Below, piece by piece: positions 37,701 through 44,953 of a DNA stretch of 54,965 bases. Each line of letters begins with the position of its first letter. The stretch's first letter is position 1. The stretch is from an uncultured Clostridia bacterium. GTDB taxonomy: Bacteria; Bacillota; Clostridia; Christensenellales; CAG-917. Made by a program: the position numbers and the translations under genes. The stretch spans positions 1 through 54,965 of the forward strand of contig CANRBM010000003.1 in NCBI GenBank assembly GCA_947628855.1. The letters are read 5' to 3'. The notes under the pieces were generated by a model, which was given only the letters and a program-made list of their open reading frames with translations, was not told where the DNA came from and searched no databases.

Positions 37701-39614
37701 GAAATAGTTTACATCTATCAAGGCGCTTTCCAAAATTCGCAACTGAAAGAGGTCACCATCCCGCGCACCGTCTTGATGATAGACAAGTTTGCATTTGCAA
37801 ATACGCAACTCGAAACGTTGATCATTCCGTCCAACGTGGAAATGATCAACGAAGCCGCGTTTGCAAATTGCTCCAAATTGAAGTCGGTCACCATTGACGA
37901 CGGCACAACTAAGTTGAACCTCAAAGACGCCACCAACAACGGAAAAGCTTTGACAAAGAGCGATTACCCCAAGCCGGGCGAAGCCACAAAGCTCGGCATA
38001 TTTGAAAACGACCCCATCACCAAGTTCACTGCGGGCAACAGGGTTACGACCATCCCAAGGAATGCCTTTGCCATCACCGCGGAATATCCCGACGTGCAAA
38101 ACGGCGCGGAGTTTGACCTCACCTACGTCACAAGGATAGAGGACTATGCATTCTTCGGCAGCCTTGCGGGCACAGTCGTTTTGGGCGAGGGCTTGAAATA
38201 TATCGGCGCCGCCGCATTTGCAAATACCACGAAACTTACTTCCGTGACCTTTGGCACCACCGAGGGCGCCGAAGTGGAGTTCAAGCGCAACGGCAACGAA
38301 GCGACGACCTCCGCGAGCGAGACAGGCACGACCGTCTACTACTTCGGCGTATTCGAAGGCTCCGCGGTCGCAAGCGTCGTGGGCGCGCCCAAGTTTGTCA
38401 ACACAAGCACGAAGGATGCGGAGATCGGCGTAAGGATGTTCAAGGATTGCGAAAATCTTGCCGAGATCGACCTCAACGGCGTGGCGACGATAGGCAAATA
38501 TGCCTTCAAGAACGCCTCGCTGACAGCCGTTTCGCTCGAGGGCATAACGACGGTCGATTCGTGCGCTTTCTACAATAACGATATGACAACACTCACCATT
38601 CCTTCATGCGTGATGACCCTCGGCGCAGGCGCATTTGCGTACACGCCATTGACAGAGGTCACGTTTGAGAACGGCGACGATCCTATCACAATTGCAGGCG
38701 GTGCGGGAGGCGCCCCATCGCCAGACAAAGAAACGGGCGAGTATAATCTCGAAAACGCTCACACCAACACCAGCTGCGGCGTGTTCGACAGTTGCTTGCA
38801 ACTTTCAAGCGTCACGTTCGGCAACAGGGTGACATCGATTGCAAAGAACATGTTCTTCTACTGCCAGTCGCTCACGACAATCGACTTGCCCACGGGCGTT
38901 GAGATATGCGAAAATGCGTTCGCCTTCACGAGTCTTACGACCATAAATAACCTCGAAAACGTCAAAGAGATCAAGGTTTCGAGCGTGTTCCAGAGGATAA
39001 AGATCACAAGCCTCACTCTCGATATCGGCGTGAACGTGTCCGCAAACAACGTGTTTACCGATTGCGACGACTTGACGACCGTCACGTTCACCAACAAAAA
39101 CAATGTCACGACCACGCAATCCTTCAACCAGATGTTCAAGAAGTGCGACAACCTCACCTCGGTGACGTTCTGCGAAGGCATAACGCAACTCAGTATGACG
39201 TTTATCGATTGCGTCAACTTGCCGTCTGTCAAGCTACCCGAATCTCTCACGACTCTCGGTGGCAACGTGTTCCAAAACTGCACGGGCCTCAAGAAAGTTG
39301 TAATGCCACGCTTGCTGACGAGCTTTGACGCCCCGACGGACACAAGCCCCACCTTCAACGGATGCGGCAAGGATCTGCACATCTACTTCCAGACGGAAAA
39401 GGCGGTCGCGTATGCGTTGACCTACAAGGTCACCAAGAACAACGATGGCGTCATCACGGGCACATCCGCGCCGCTTGTCTCGCTTGAAGAGCAATGCACC
39501 GTTACGTACGGATATGACCCGAATAGCGAGGGGCAATCCGCGCCGAGCGAGGCGGGTACGCAGGAGCTCATGCAAACGGCTATGGGCAATGTCGCGTACG
39601 CGGACGAGCACTAA
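28740..39614 (+). CDS. Giant (3624 aa) surface lipoprotein: InlB-type B-repeats, Ig/Fn3-like repeats, and a very long BspA-type leucine-rich-repeat (LRR_5) array
   Basis: AGGAGGAG RBS. Signal peptide plus lipobox 'VLLVCVLAAC'. B-repeats such as 'FTVTFDTGGGTQIDPVTVLNGKTISKPDAPSKDGNFVFEGWY...ITLHANY'. From about aa 860 to about aa 3540 there are dozens of units of the type 'IPxxVTxIGxxAFxxCxxLxxV' (for example 'VTIPASVTEIGKLAFNKNKLLTSVTF'). A single uninterrupted ORF. Confidence 0.9.
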   Translation: MSNKRTFTIVLAALMVVVLLVCVLAACDPKHKDPVPPGPEGGTYYFDAGAEEYTVSLEADNKFTLNILGETHSGWYSLSGSALLLNFDDDSEQLSAQLTNNYNTLEFTYNGQAYTFLRKTEFTVTFDTGGGTQIDPVTVLNGKTISKPDAPSKDGNFVFEGWYSDSKFEFKYDFDAPVTGDITLHANYVSSIREPIEFTVKFAGDGGFEPIQTIKGVAYGLPEPKKDGDKFVGWWVSSSNEQDKLSYQYEGQKLTENTTFFPVWQSQLVGGMEVSVNAEGIFWTGKNDVTISIVSPAGVTSETITGRENEYLFDSNNYKLSQNGEYKFTVKAAGSDDATVRYFVNGRLSRVSCFEVENGSNSLKFNHVANAQSYNVSIVTKDGVKQETLDAATVQNNTMVFDFSAYDIPADGYVFTVEAVGKGYLNSTSESFNYNRFLDKVAQPVFDEATQSFSWQAVEHANRYVVKLNGEQVLDGPSVTFDLKDKDPGTYSIEVQPFGFGYNAPEATTKNIDKQKLAAPSNLKPSTDGKSIVWDHVKDSVGYIVYKGDVKLAEPATESFVFDGSLLSGGAVDIYVVAKSSDPKLNSPKSNAMNVSNRVENITYNKGVISWSFVLGISKYFVKINDGQELEVNGTSTNALPLVAKTNVISVRPENGESNTATVEAFEISFDLGYEGASHPSQFKTTGESLHITNPASERYGYDFEYWVDENGTQITDGTFNGISDTVYKAKWDPHEFMITFDLTDQAIDEEIKDTKYNNQKVTFDDGNFTLPAPTTASKDGKHAFEGWYMSLGGSSAAQKITDYTGKATAPFAYNPTDGKVTFFAKWVEIFKFESVEGGWRVQKNGNYIDYLSNVKIPAKQDDQWVVAVSDFSNCTKLVTLDIPSSVTQINFGDQGVSFAGDTALTAINVYPAEGYKGTVKYASKDGVLLENDAQGNAVKLMYCPLGKLSRLTEFTIPTGVKTVAAGAFYSETFQYNAFHLQTINFPATVERVEKNAFYNIRGITTINFLPVNEGETKAETLIIELGAFTGDGDNTHSTTYDVEVINLPARFDATNFDLFDEFRWLEQINVIEEGGKFTSIGGVLCLKSGTTLELAKYPLYGANEYSVPTEITKIGAKAFYHNTRIKNVTIGAHVTNIGESAFEGCMGLTTLTFLGTKESSDLHIARKAFYGYYKNNPSSALWPKVTELTLPANLVELGEMAFGNHGNLKEVKVLVERDKVDFKDDAFVDIEVNKTAWVTDLYLGAGVPYFNISGVFGGALKRVEVDPQNKFFTNAENDGTNKGALYNKEMTKLVYFPKSFEGVFNIPLQITTISNSLFTGCNLTGVKIHNKVTSIGNLAFDDCAKLISVEFCDQNYKTLKAGEKFEALVIGVNAFKDCVKLTTISLPEGLTKLDEGVFSGCTTLSEVHLPSTLAEMALKSADSAEEGEVGDFTMFEKCDALSVLTVAEGNEKYGAYDDVLYELRKVNTAAAKEDPVYGFVENTLLFCSRGKTGTVTIPSTVRRVQTNAFSGSQVSEIIFEDLEKTTNVDGEDHVDLTIMAGALYNTPQLEKLHLPEGMTSLADTVEDDTKHKNIFSKMNISGSACYEEAFKAIDFPSTLTFIGARLFDGYFRWYDPLTVTFAEAKEGQEVAGLTIEDAPAEKSSSSSTTTTATNKGLFVNGSVTPTSGINLAPITFPSHLIYLGKAALYCTKVSSVTFTEPAKNEDGSYKFSLEIGTSAFYDAPNITSLTLPGNLTKIGDHAFYKPGFASITIPANVTEIGASAFAGSSTGNASAQSMRLTQLLFAEGSKLKTIGDSAFASQSLSQVTIPASVTEIGKLAFNKNKLLTSVTFEDFDKVKTTDDEGKAVSIDEILLAIGDNAFASDTALSTITLPIRLKSLGANAFLDSGLTSIEFAGVKDSETKEETASPAYDTDRTISHLESIGDMAFSNTPLASIVFPKTLSSSAPNELKLGVNLFVGCTQLTEVTLSSTVLDISSVFAGNGTIKKINVNVNNTKFVADTNGLPIIYEKSGQSDDMSVALVYADLKGTITLSGDNIGAGALANITGIQHVVIGASVKVIGDRAFENCVSLETVTIAPGSQLQTVGSYAFQNCTSLTTVDFSNASKLTTFGDGVSKGTTSTSSLASNIKQTVGIFNGCSNLDTVKLGSGVTKLGVAMFAGSGVKTVDLSLSTNLEEFEQAAFGNTPRLTTIKFPEAKDNKLAHLGQYTFFGSGVQELDFSSCQLLKATAPSKYLATNPDGTDPDSKKDINGLSQYAATFAYATNLQKVTFPTTLLALGQYTFVGCSALTTVDGIANVNRLCKNCFEATGDVQLTFGDVDMNFGQYVFYNAGDVKVVFGDRDVTIGQYAFKGAGNVQITPPKNHTMTFENTDTFAESKIKTWTIRTQDVYTKTDSMFKKCTELEHVYVEKGATDNFTAIADHMFEWCTSLVSVEFDKLENLESIGAQAFNMYDNGTNKKIIYENVFVGGDGQSPVLDLSKTKIKTIGAQAFSGCNKLKSVKLPATLEKLGTGSEGSGNFYKGVFYSCTELESVDFSLCSNLTVLGMNAFYGCTSLDNVDLTATQFDKLYNNTFRGCTSLANIKLPDSLARFDGTYQFQGCTNLQSIDLSNTGISTLPYAASFSLSTQAYTFADCTNLQSVTLSNAVTGIGTNAFQNCGMLESINVVDANGRETDSGISIIGNNAFQGCSSLAEFDFSAVTKIGSSAFAGAGFTTLTLPDKSFVASSINASAFEGCEKLTKVIIPSKFSVATNVANYMFRNCTSLITVEFEVTDGAANRTLPKGMFAGCTQLGSIDFTNAYITSVPAEFLKGASELKSITLPETVTTISANAFENCGGLSAASFGEAGLTKVKTIGAAAFKNCAFTEVTFEELTSLATDSFLGNELTSVTLNGNAANNFAFNDTFKSLTNKAGTTTYTYNPTLSENGTLDLSKVENLVLSAYMFQNVEGLKSVILPKLPTYSGEFFPVIPANTFANSSVETVDLSNTEIVYIYQGAFQNSQLKEVTIPRTVLMIDKFAFANTQLETLIIPSNVEMINEAAFANCSKLKSVTIDDGTTKLNLKDATNNGKALTKSDYPKPGEATKLGIFENDPITKFTAGNRVTTIPRNAFAITAEYPDVQNGAEFDLTYVTRIEDYAFFGSLAGTVVLGEGLKYIGAAAFANTTKLTSVTFGTTEGAEVEFKRNGNEATTSASETGTTVYYFGVFEGSAVASVVGAPKFVNTSTKDAEIGVRMFKDCENLAEIDLNGVATIGKYAFKNASLTAVSLEGITTVDSCAFYNNDMTTLTIPSCVMTLGAGAFAYTPLTEVTFENGDDPITIAGGAGGAPSPDKETGEYNLENAHTNTSCGVFDSCLQLSSVTFGNRVTSIAKNMFFYCQSLTTIDLPTGVEICENAFAFTSLTTINNLENVKEIKVSSVFQRIKITSLTLDIGVNVSANNVFTDCDDLTTVTFTNKNNVTTTQSFNQMFKKCDNLTSVTFCEGITQLSMTFIDCVNLPSVKLPESLTTLGGNVFQNCTGLKKVVMPRLLTSFDAPTDTSPTFNGCGKDLHIYFQTEKAVAYALTYKVTKNNDGVITGTSAPLVSLEEQCTVTYGYDPNSEGQSAPSEAGTQELMQTAMGNVAYADEH

Positions 39615-39623
39615 AGAGCAACG

Positions 39624-39658
39624 GTTCGGCGGCGGGTTTTACGCCGCCGAACGTGTTT
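39624..39658 (+). terminator. Strong hairpin after the giant gene (terminator or processing site)
   Basis: GTTCGGCGGCG (39624-39634) / CGCCGCCGAAC (39642-39652), 11 bp perfect, followed by the weak T-tract GTGTTT. Confidence 0.5.
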
Positions 39659-39769
39659 CATAGGGCAATGCCATGCGTAAAAATGTCAACATAAAATGCG
39701 AGGGTTTCCATTTGCATTTAACAGTAAAACTTACAGGGCAATGCCATGCGGCAGGGAGAAAAAAATCGC

Positions 39770-39798
39770 TTGCCAATATAGCGATATAATGCTAAAAT
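39770..39798 (+). promoter_or_regulatory. Candidate internal promoter for the MoxR/VWA module
   Basis: TTGCCA (39770-39775), 17-nt spacer, TAAAAT (39793-39798). Two exact 16-nt direct repeats AGGGCAATGCCATGCG lie upstream (39662-39677, 39735-39750). Confidence 0.45.
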
Positions 39799-39865
39799 AT
39801 ATAAATACACAACCTATATTCGTGTGCGCGTATAAATAAAGAAGATATAAGGAAAGGAGGCGGAT

Positions 39866-40954
39866 ATGAACGGAGCTGAAAATTTGAAACAGTATGAAAA
39901 GCGCGTCAAGCGCGAGGCTGTGCTCAAAGCCTTTATAGAAGGGTTGGCATGCGGAATGATTTCGGCGTCCGTTGCCGAGTTGGTCGCGTGGTTTATGGGC
40001 GCAAAATACGGGCTGTATATTGCGCTCGCGCTGTTTGTCGTGATGACGGTCGCAATAAGCCTTATCATGTACTACAAAAAGTACAGACCCAACGTCAAGG
40101 CGGTCGCCGCGCGCGTGGACGAGCTTGGCCTCGACGAGCGCGTTCTGACTATGCTGGAGCTTGAGGGCGACGATTCCTACATCGCCAAAGCGCAGAAAGC
40201 GGACACCGAGCGCGCCCTCAAAAAAGTCAATCACCTTATGCTCAAATTTTCCATCGCAACTTCCGTCATCGTGCTCGTGGCGGTGTGCGGGTTTGTGATG
40301 GCGGGCATGACGACGGTAAGCGGGCTTGCCTACGCGGAGGTCATCCCAAGCGGCATGGACCTCATCAGAGACAGCAGAACGGTCACGTATTACGCAAGTT
40401 ACGCCGTCAAAGGCGAGGACGTCGGCAAAATATATTATGTCACGGCGGATTGGGATGAGCCCGAACTTGTCACCGACAAGGTGTCCGTAGACGAGGGTGA
40501 GGACGCTCCCGCTGTGATCGCGGTCGCAGATCCCGGCTATATCTTCACGGGCTGGTCGGACGGCAAAACGAATCCTCTGAGGCAGGATGCCGCGCTGCAC
40601 GGCAACGTTGACGTGTACGCATTGTTTGAGGCGATAGACGATGATCCCGACGCAGACGCAGATCCCCTCGACGACCTCATTTCTCCGCCCGCTTCAAGCG
40701 GACAGGAGGGCCCTTCCCAACCGGGCGGACAGGGCAACGGTAGCGGCGACGGCGCCGGAGGAACGAGCGCTTCACGCAATCAGATCATCGACGGCGGCAC
40801 ATACTACGGTCACGGTTACGAGGGCGCGGTGGACGAGGCGTACGACTCCATGAACAGCGACAGCACTTCGGATATGTATAAGGACGCGGCTTCGGGCTAT
40901 CTCGACGCGCTTGACCCCGGCAACGAAGGCGACGAAGGCGAGTCGGAAAACTAA
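39866..40954 (+). CDS. Membrane protein: N-terminal TM hairpin plus helical linker plus third TM, one InlB-type B-repeat, acidic low-complexity tail
   Basis: 362 aa. AGGAGG RBS. TM segments 'GLACGMISASVAELVAWFMG', 'GLYIALALFVVMTVAISLIMYY', 'IATSVIVLVAVCGFVMAGM'. 'ARVDELGLDERVLTMLELEGD' recalls membrane proteins found next to Bat-type clusters (weak recollection). B-repeat 'GYIFTGWSDGKTNPLRQDAALHGNVDVYALF'. Tail 'DDDPDADADPLDD...GNEGDEGESEN'. Confidence 0.75.
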   Translation: MNGAENLKQYEKRVKREAVLKAFIEGLACGMISASVAELVAWFMGAKYGLYIALALFVVMTVAISLIMYYKKYRPNVKAVAARVDELGLDERVLTMLELEGDDSYIAKAQKADTERALKKVNHLMLKFSIATSVIVLVAVCGFVMAGMTTVSGLAYAEVIPSGMDLIRDSRTVTYYASYAVKGEDVGKIYYVTADWDEPELVTDKVSVDEGEDAPAVIAVADPGYIFTGWSDGKTNPLRQDAALHGNVDVYALFEAIDDDPDADADPLDDLISPPASSGQEGPSQPGGQGNGSGDGAGGTSASRNQIIDGGTYYGHGYEGAVDEAYDSMNSDSTSDMYKDAASGYLDALDPGNEGDEGESEN

Positions 40955-40987
40955 ATCTACAAAATTTGAACATTTGAAAGGTAAATT

Positions 40988-42088
40988 ATGGTTACGCAAC
41001 AGGACATCCAAAAATTCAGTGAGCAATGCAAACAGATCTTTCTGCAACTCTCAAGAGATATCATAGGGCAGAAGGAAGTCGTTGAAAACACGGTCATAGC
41101 GATGATCGCGGGAGGCAACGTCCTTCTCGAAGGCGTGCCCGGAGTCGGTAAAACGCGTTTGGTCAGAAGTCTCGGAAGAGTATTCGATCTGCCGTTTTCG
41201 CGTATTCAGTTCACGCCCGACCTCATGCCAGCGGACGTTACGGGTACGAACATAATCGTCAAGGATCCGGACGGCAATTCGTCGTTCAAGTTCCAGCCCG
41301 GTCCTATCTTCAGCAACATCATCCTCGCGGACGAGATAAACCGCGCCACTCCAAAAACGCAGTCGGCGCTGCTCGAGGCTATGCAGGAGCACACCGTCAC
41401 CGTAATGGGCGTGTCAAGAAAGATGGAAGAGCCCTTCTTCGTGCTCGCTACGCAAAACCCGATAGAGCAGGACGGCACCTATCCTCTTCCCGAGGCGCAG
41501 ATGGACCGTTTCATGTTCAAGATCTTGGTGCCGAACCCCTCGCTTGCCGAGTTGATGGACATCGTCAGCATGACGCAAAAGACAATGGCGGAAGTCGCAG
41601 ATCCCGCGTGCAGCGGTACAGACCTTCTCGCTATGCGCGCCACAGCGAACCAAATACCCGTTGCCGAAGAGGTGCTGCGTTACGCAATGAGGCTCGTCGC
41701 CTCCACGCACGCAGACAGCGAGTACGCGTCGCAAGCCGCCAAAAAGTATATCCGCATAGGCGCAAGCCCTCGCGCGGGTCAAGCGATTATTTCGGCGGCG
41801 AAAGTGCTCGCGCTCATAAAGGGCAGATTCAACGTGGCGTATTCGGACCTCAATCAGCTCGCATATCCCGTTTTCCGTCACCGCATCAAGCTGAATTTCG
41901 AGGCTATAGCCAACGGCGTCACCGCCGACAAGGTCATTGAGATGATCATTGACGAGATGGACAAGCGCCCCAAGGCGGAGGCGGTAAGCGCAACTCCTTT
42001 GGAGGAGACTGCTCCATTCGAAGAGGAAGAAACTTCGCCCGTGGAGGAGGAAACAAAGCCCCGCAGGAGAGGACTTTTTAAGAAGTAA
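40988..42088 (+). CDS. MoxR-family AAA+ ATPase
   Basis: 366 aa. Walker A 'LLEGVPGVGKT', Walker B 'IILADEINRATPKTQSALLEAMQE', 'FFVLATQNPIEQDGTYPLPEAQMDRF', 'GASPRAG'. Glu-rich C-terminal extension. Confidence 0.9.
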   Translation: MVTQQDIQKFSEQCKQIFLQLSRDIIGQKEVVENTVIAMIAGGNVLLEGVPGVGKTRLVRSLGRVFDLPFSRIQFTPDLMPADVTGTNIIVKDPDGNSSFKFQPGPIFSNIILADEINRATPKTQSALLEAMQEHTVTVMGVSRKMEEPFFVLATQNPIEQDGTYPLPEAQMDRFMFKILVPNPSLAELMDIVSMTQKTMAEVADPACSGTDLLAMRATANQIPVAEEVLRYAMRLVASTHADSEYASQAAKKYIRIGASPRAGQAIISAAKVLALIKGRFNVAYSDLNQLAYPVFRHRIKLNFEAIANGVTADKVIEMIIDEMDKRPKAEAVSATPLEETAPFEEEETSPVEEETKPRRRGLFKK

Positions 42089-42103
42089 AATTTCGACTTA
42101 TAT

Positions 42104-43003
42104 ATGGCAAGAAAGTACTTGAACGACGCGTTTTTCAGCAGGCTGGAGACGCTGTCGTTGAATCTGAGATCGGATCTAAGAGGGTATTTTGGCGGTAAAC
42201 ACCTTGTGAAAACGTATGGGCAGACCGTCGAGTTTTCCGATTTCAGAGAATATCAGCTCGGCGACGATATCCGCCGTATTGACTGGAATTTGTACAGCCG
42301 ATTTGAAAAGTATTTTCTCAAGCTTTTTACCGACGAGAGGCAGATGCATGTGCAGGTCTTCCTCGATATGTCCGCGTCAATGGGAAGGGACGATCCCGTA
42401 AAGGGCAATTACGCAAAATCGGTCGCGGCGGCAATGGGGTTTCTCGCCGTCCAAAGCATGGACAAGCTCTCATTTGAATTTATGAGGGGAGACGCGTCCG
42501 AAAATCCCTACGGCACCATTGTGGGCAAAAACTCCTTCTTCAGAGCGATAAGCCAAATGGAGGATATGACCTATGACGGCGAGGTAAACATCGAAAAATG
42601 CGTGCTTTTCAGCGGCGACGCAGGGCAGAGCAACGGCATTTCAATCATAATTTCCGACTTTTTGACGGAAAGCAGTTGGAAGAAAGCGGTAGATTATTTG
42701 GTGTACAAGCATAGGCAAGTGTTGCTTGTACAAGTGCTCTCCCCCGAAGAGCTTTATCCCTCCTTCGACGGCAGGGTGCATCTTGTCGATTGCGAATCCC
42801 GGGACATAATGGACGAGCGCAATTTGAAGATCAAGATCACAAGGTCGCTGCTTGACAACTACGAGCGCGCGGTCAGAGATTTCAAGGAGGATCTGAGGTC
42901 CTATTGTAGCAAGCGAGACGCGGGCTTTATAAGCGTGCGTACGGACAAGCCTATCGAGGATATGTTGTTTAAAGAATTGTTGAGGGGGGAGATCGTATCA
43001 TGA
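42104..43003 (+). CDS. DUF58-domain protein (MoxR-associated, VWA-like fold)
   Basis: 299 aa. Hallmark 'FSDFREYQLGDDIRRIDWNLYSRFEKYFLKLFTDE' and 'VFLDMSASMG'. 15 nt after MoxR. The stop overlaps the next ATG (ATGA). Confidence 0.85.
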   Translation: MARKYLNDAFFSRLETLSLNLRSDLRGYFGGKHLVKTYGQTVEFSDFREYQLGDDIRRIDWNLYSRFEKYFLKLFTDERQMHVQVFLDMSASMGRDDPVKGNYAKSVAAAMGFLAVQSMDKLSFEFMRGDASENPYGTIVGKNSFFRAISQMEDMTYDGEVNIEKCVLFSGDAGQSNGISIIISDFLTESSWKKAVDYLVYKHRQVLLVQVLSPEELYPSFDGRVHLVDCESRDIMDERNLKIKITRSLLDNYERAVRDFKEDLRSYCSKRDAGFISVRTDKPIEDMLFKELLRGEIVS

Positions 43004-44943
43004 TGAAATTGCTTGTGCCCCTTGGACTTTTGGGCTTGATCGGACTTATCGCGCTTTTGCTCATCTACATCATAAAGCCGAATTTTCTCACGAAATACAC
43101 TTCGAGCAACTACATATGGCAGCTCGCGCTCAAGTATAAAAAGAAAAGATTCACCACTAACAAGGTCAGGGAGATCCTTCTCATAATTTGTCAAGTGCTC
43201 ATAGTCATCAGCCTCGCGCTCATTATGGCGTGGCCCGTCATAGACAACAGCGTGCACGGAGATCCCAACGATTCCGTCATCATTTTGGACTCCTCCGCGA
43301 GTATGCGCGTGGTGGACGAAGAGGGAAAGAGCCGCTTTTACAGGGCGGTGGATCTTGCCATAGATCAAGTCAATAAGACCGCGGCAAAAAAGGGACATAC
43401 CAGCGTAATATTTGCAGACGACAATCCGAGGTTTATCGCGCAGGGAGTCGCGCCCGAGTATGCGGCTAGGGTGGTAGACGATCTCATGAAATTGCAGGAC
43501 GACGAGGCGTGTACGTATACGTCCGCCGATATCGACGGAGCGATCGGGTTGACCGAGGATATTTTCCTACGCAATCCCGAGGCGCAGATATATCTGTATA
43601 CGGATTCGGACTATCTTTCCGTGCCCGAAGGCGTCAACGTGATTTCGGTCATAGACGAGAACGAGTGGAACATCGGCATTGTGGACGCAAAAGCGGAGCT
43701 TGTGGACGGTTTGTACGCCGTCACAGTACAGGTCGCGCTTTATGGCAGATCGGACAACTTTTCATTGAATATGCGAATTGAAAAGTCGGAAGGCGAAGGC
43801 GACAATATTTCCACCGATATGCTCTTTTTTGCCGAAGATCAAATAACGACCGTGACCTTCATAGAGGGCGGAGGCAAACAAGCGGACTTGCACTACTATC
43901 ACAATATCGAGGGATTGTCGAGCTTTTCGGAGTTTAAGTCGATAAGGCTGTACTTTGATGACCCCAACGATTCTTTCAGCGAGGACGACGAGTTTTTCAT
44001 CTACGGCGGCAGCAGGGAAAGGATAGACGTCGAGTACGTTTCGAGCGATCCGAACCCGTTCTACGAGACGCTGCTTAGCAAGTTGCCGGGCGACTATGCA
44101 GACCGTTGGGATATAAGGGTGCGCATGGTGTCGCAAAACGACTATATGAAGGGCAATTACGACGTGGAAGGGTATGATTTTTATATTTTTGAAAATCTTT
44201 CCAACCTAAAGACCGTGCCCACCGACGGCGTTGTCATAATAATGGATCCCCCAAATGGAATAATACCGGGGATATCGGTGTCTGTAGAAGGTTCGATCAA
44301 CGGCAACGGCAATGAATTTCATTTTACGTCCGACGCAGGGCATCCGATAATAAACAACATCAATCCCGACAACATTTTCGTCACAAGGTATTCGAAAGTG
44401 TCATACGACACTTCGATCTATACCACGCTGATGAAATGCGAGCAAAATCCCGTCGCACTGCTCTGTGACAACTATGATAGTAAACTTGTCGTATTGCCGT
44501 TTTCGTTGCACTACTCCAACATAGGCCGCAGGCCGGAGTTTGTGTATCTTATCTATGGCATATTCGACTATTTCTTCCCGTCAACGGTGCAAAAGTACGC
44601 ATATGAGGTCAACGAAAACGTAACGCTCAATTCTAAAGGCCCCGTGCTCACCTTCGACAAAACGGACTATAAAGAATTTCCGTTCACGTTGAAGTTCTCA
44701 AAGCCGGGCACCTACACGTTCAAACAGTCGTCCTATTTCAGCGACGAGAGGACAGACTTGAGCATTTACGTCAGATTGCCCAAGATGGAGAGCAACATCT
44801 TCATGACGTTGGACGTTCTCCAATTGCCGTACGTGGCAAGGGAGAGCGGCATCGATTATCAAGATCTGCTTCTCTATTTTGCGATCGCGCTTGTGGCGCT
44901 GCTCTTCGTAGAGTGGATACTTCATTCGTTTGAAAACAGGTGA
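43000..44943 (+). CDS. BatA-like membrane protein: N-terminal double-TM (BatA_N-like) region, VWA domain, C-terminal TM anchor
   Basis: 647 aa. 'LLVPLGLLGLIGLIALLLIYIIKP' plus a second TM. MIDAS 'VIILDSSASM' (DxSxS). C-terminal TM 'LLLYFAIALVALLFVEWIL'. Confidence 0.75.
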   Translation: MMKLLVPLGLLGLIGLIALLLIYIIKPNFLTKYTSSNYIWQLALKYKKKRFTTNKVREILLIICQVLIVISLALIMAWPVIDNSVHGDPNDSVIILDSSASMRVVDEEGKSRFYRAVDLAIDQVNKTAAKKGHTSVIFADDNPRFIAQGVAPEYAARVVDDLMKLQDDEACTYTSADIDGAIGLTEDIFLRNPEAQIYLYTDSDYLSVPEGVNVISVIDENEWNIGIVDAKAELVDGLYAVTVQVALYGRSDNFSLNMRIEKSEGEGDNISTDMLFFAEDQITTVTFIEGGGKQADLHYYHNIEGLSSFSEFKSIRLYFDDPNDSFSEDDEFFIYGGSRERIDVEYVSSDPNPFYETLLSKLPGDYADRWDIRVRMVSQNDYMKGNYDVEGYDFYIFENLSNLKTVPTDGVVIIMDPPNGIIPGISVSVEGSINGNGNEFHFTSDAGHPIINNINPDNIFVTRYSKVSYDTSIYTTLMKCEQNPVALLCDNYDSKLVVLPFSLHYSNIGRRPEFVYLIYGIFDYFFPSTVQKYAYEVNENVTLNSKGPVLTFDKTDYKEFPFTLKFSKPGTYTFKQSSYFSDERTDLSIYVRLPKMESNIFMTLDVLQLPYVARESGIDYQDLLLYFAIALVALLFVEWILHSFENR

Positions 44944-44953
44944 GGAGGTAGGT

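Noticed and set aside
44930-44953. Track start codon 44930 for the double-VWA gene. The same applies to 2122, 3302, 4186, 23106, 25646, 27213 and 47664 for their genes.
   Set aside because: In each case a downstream ATG is preceded by a GGAGG-type RBS and gives the expected N-terminus (Rossmann loop, TM/BatA_N-like segment or lipoprotein signal). The upstream extension overlaps the previous gene or encodes an atypical basic leader.
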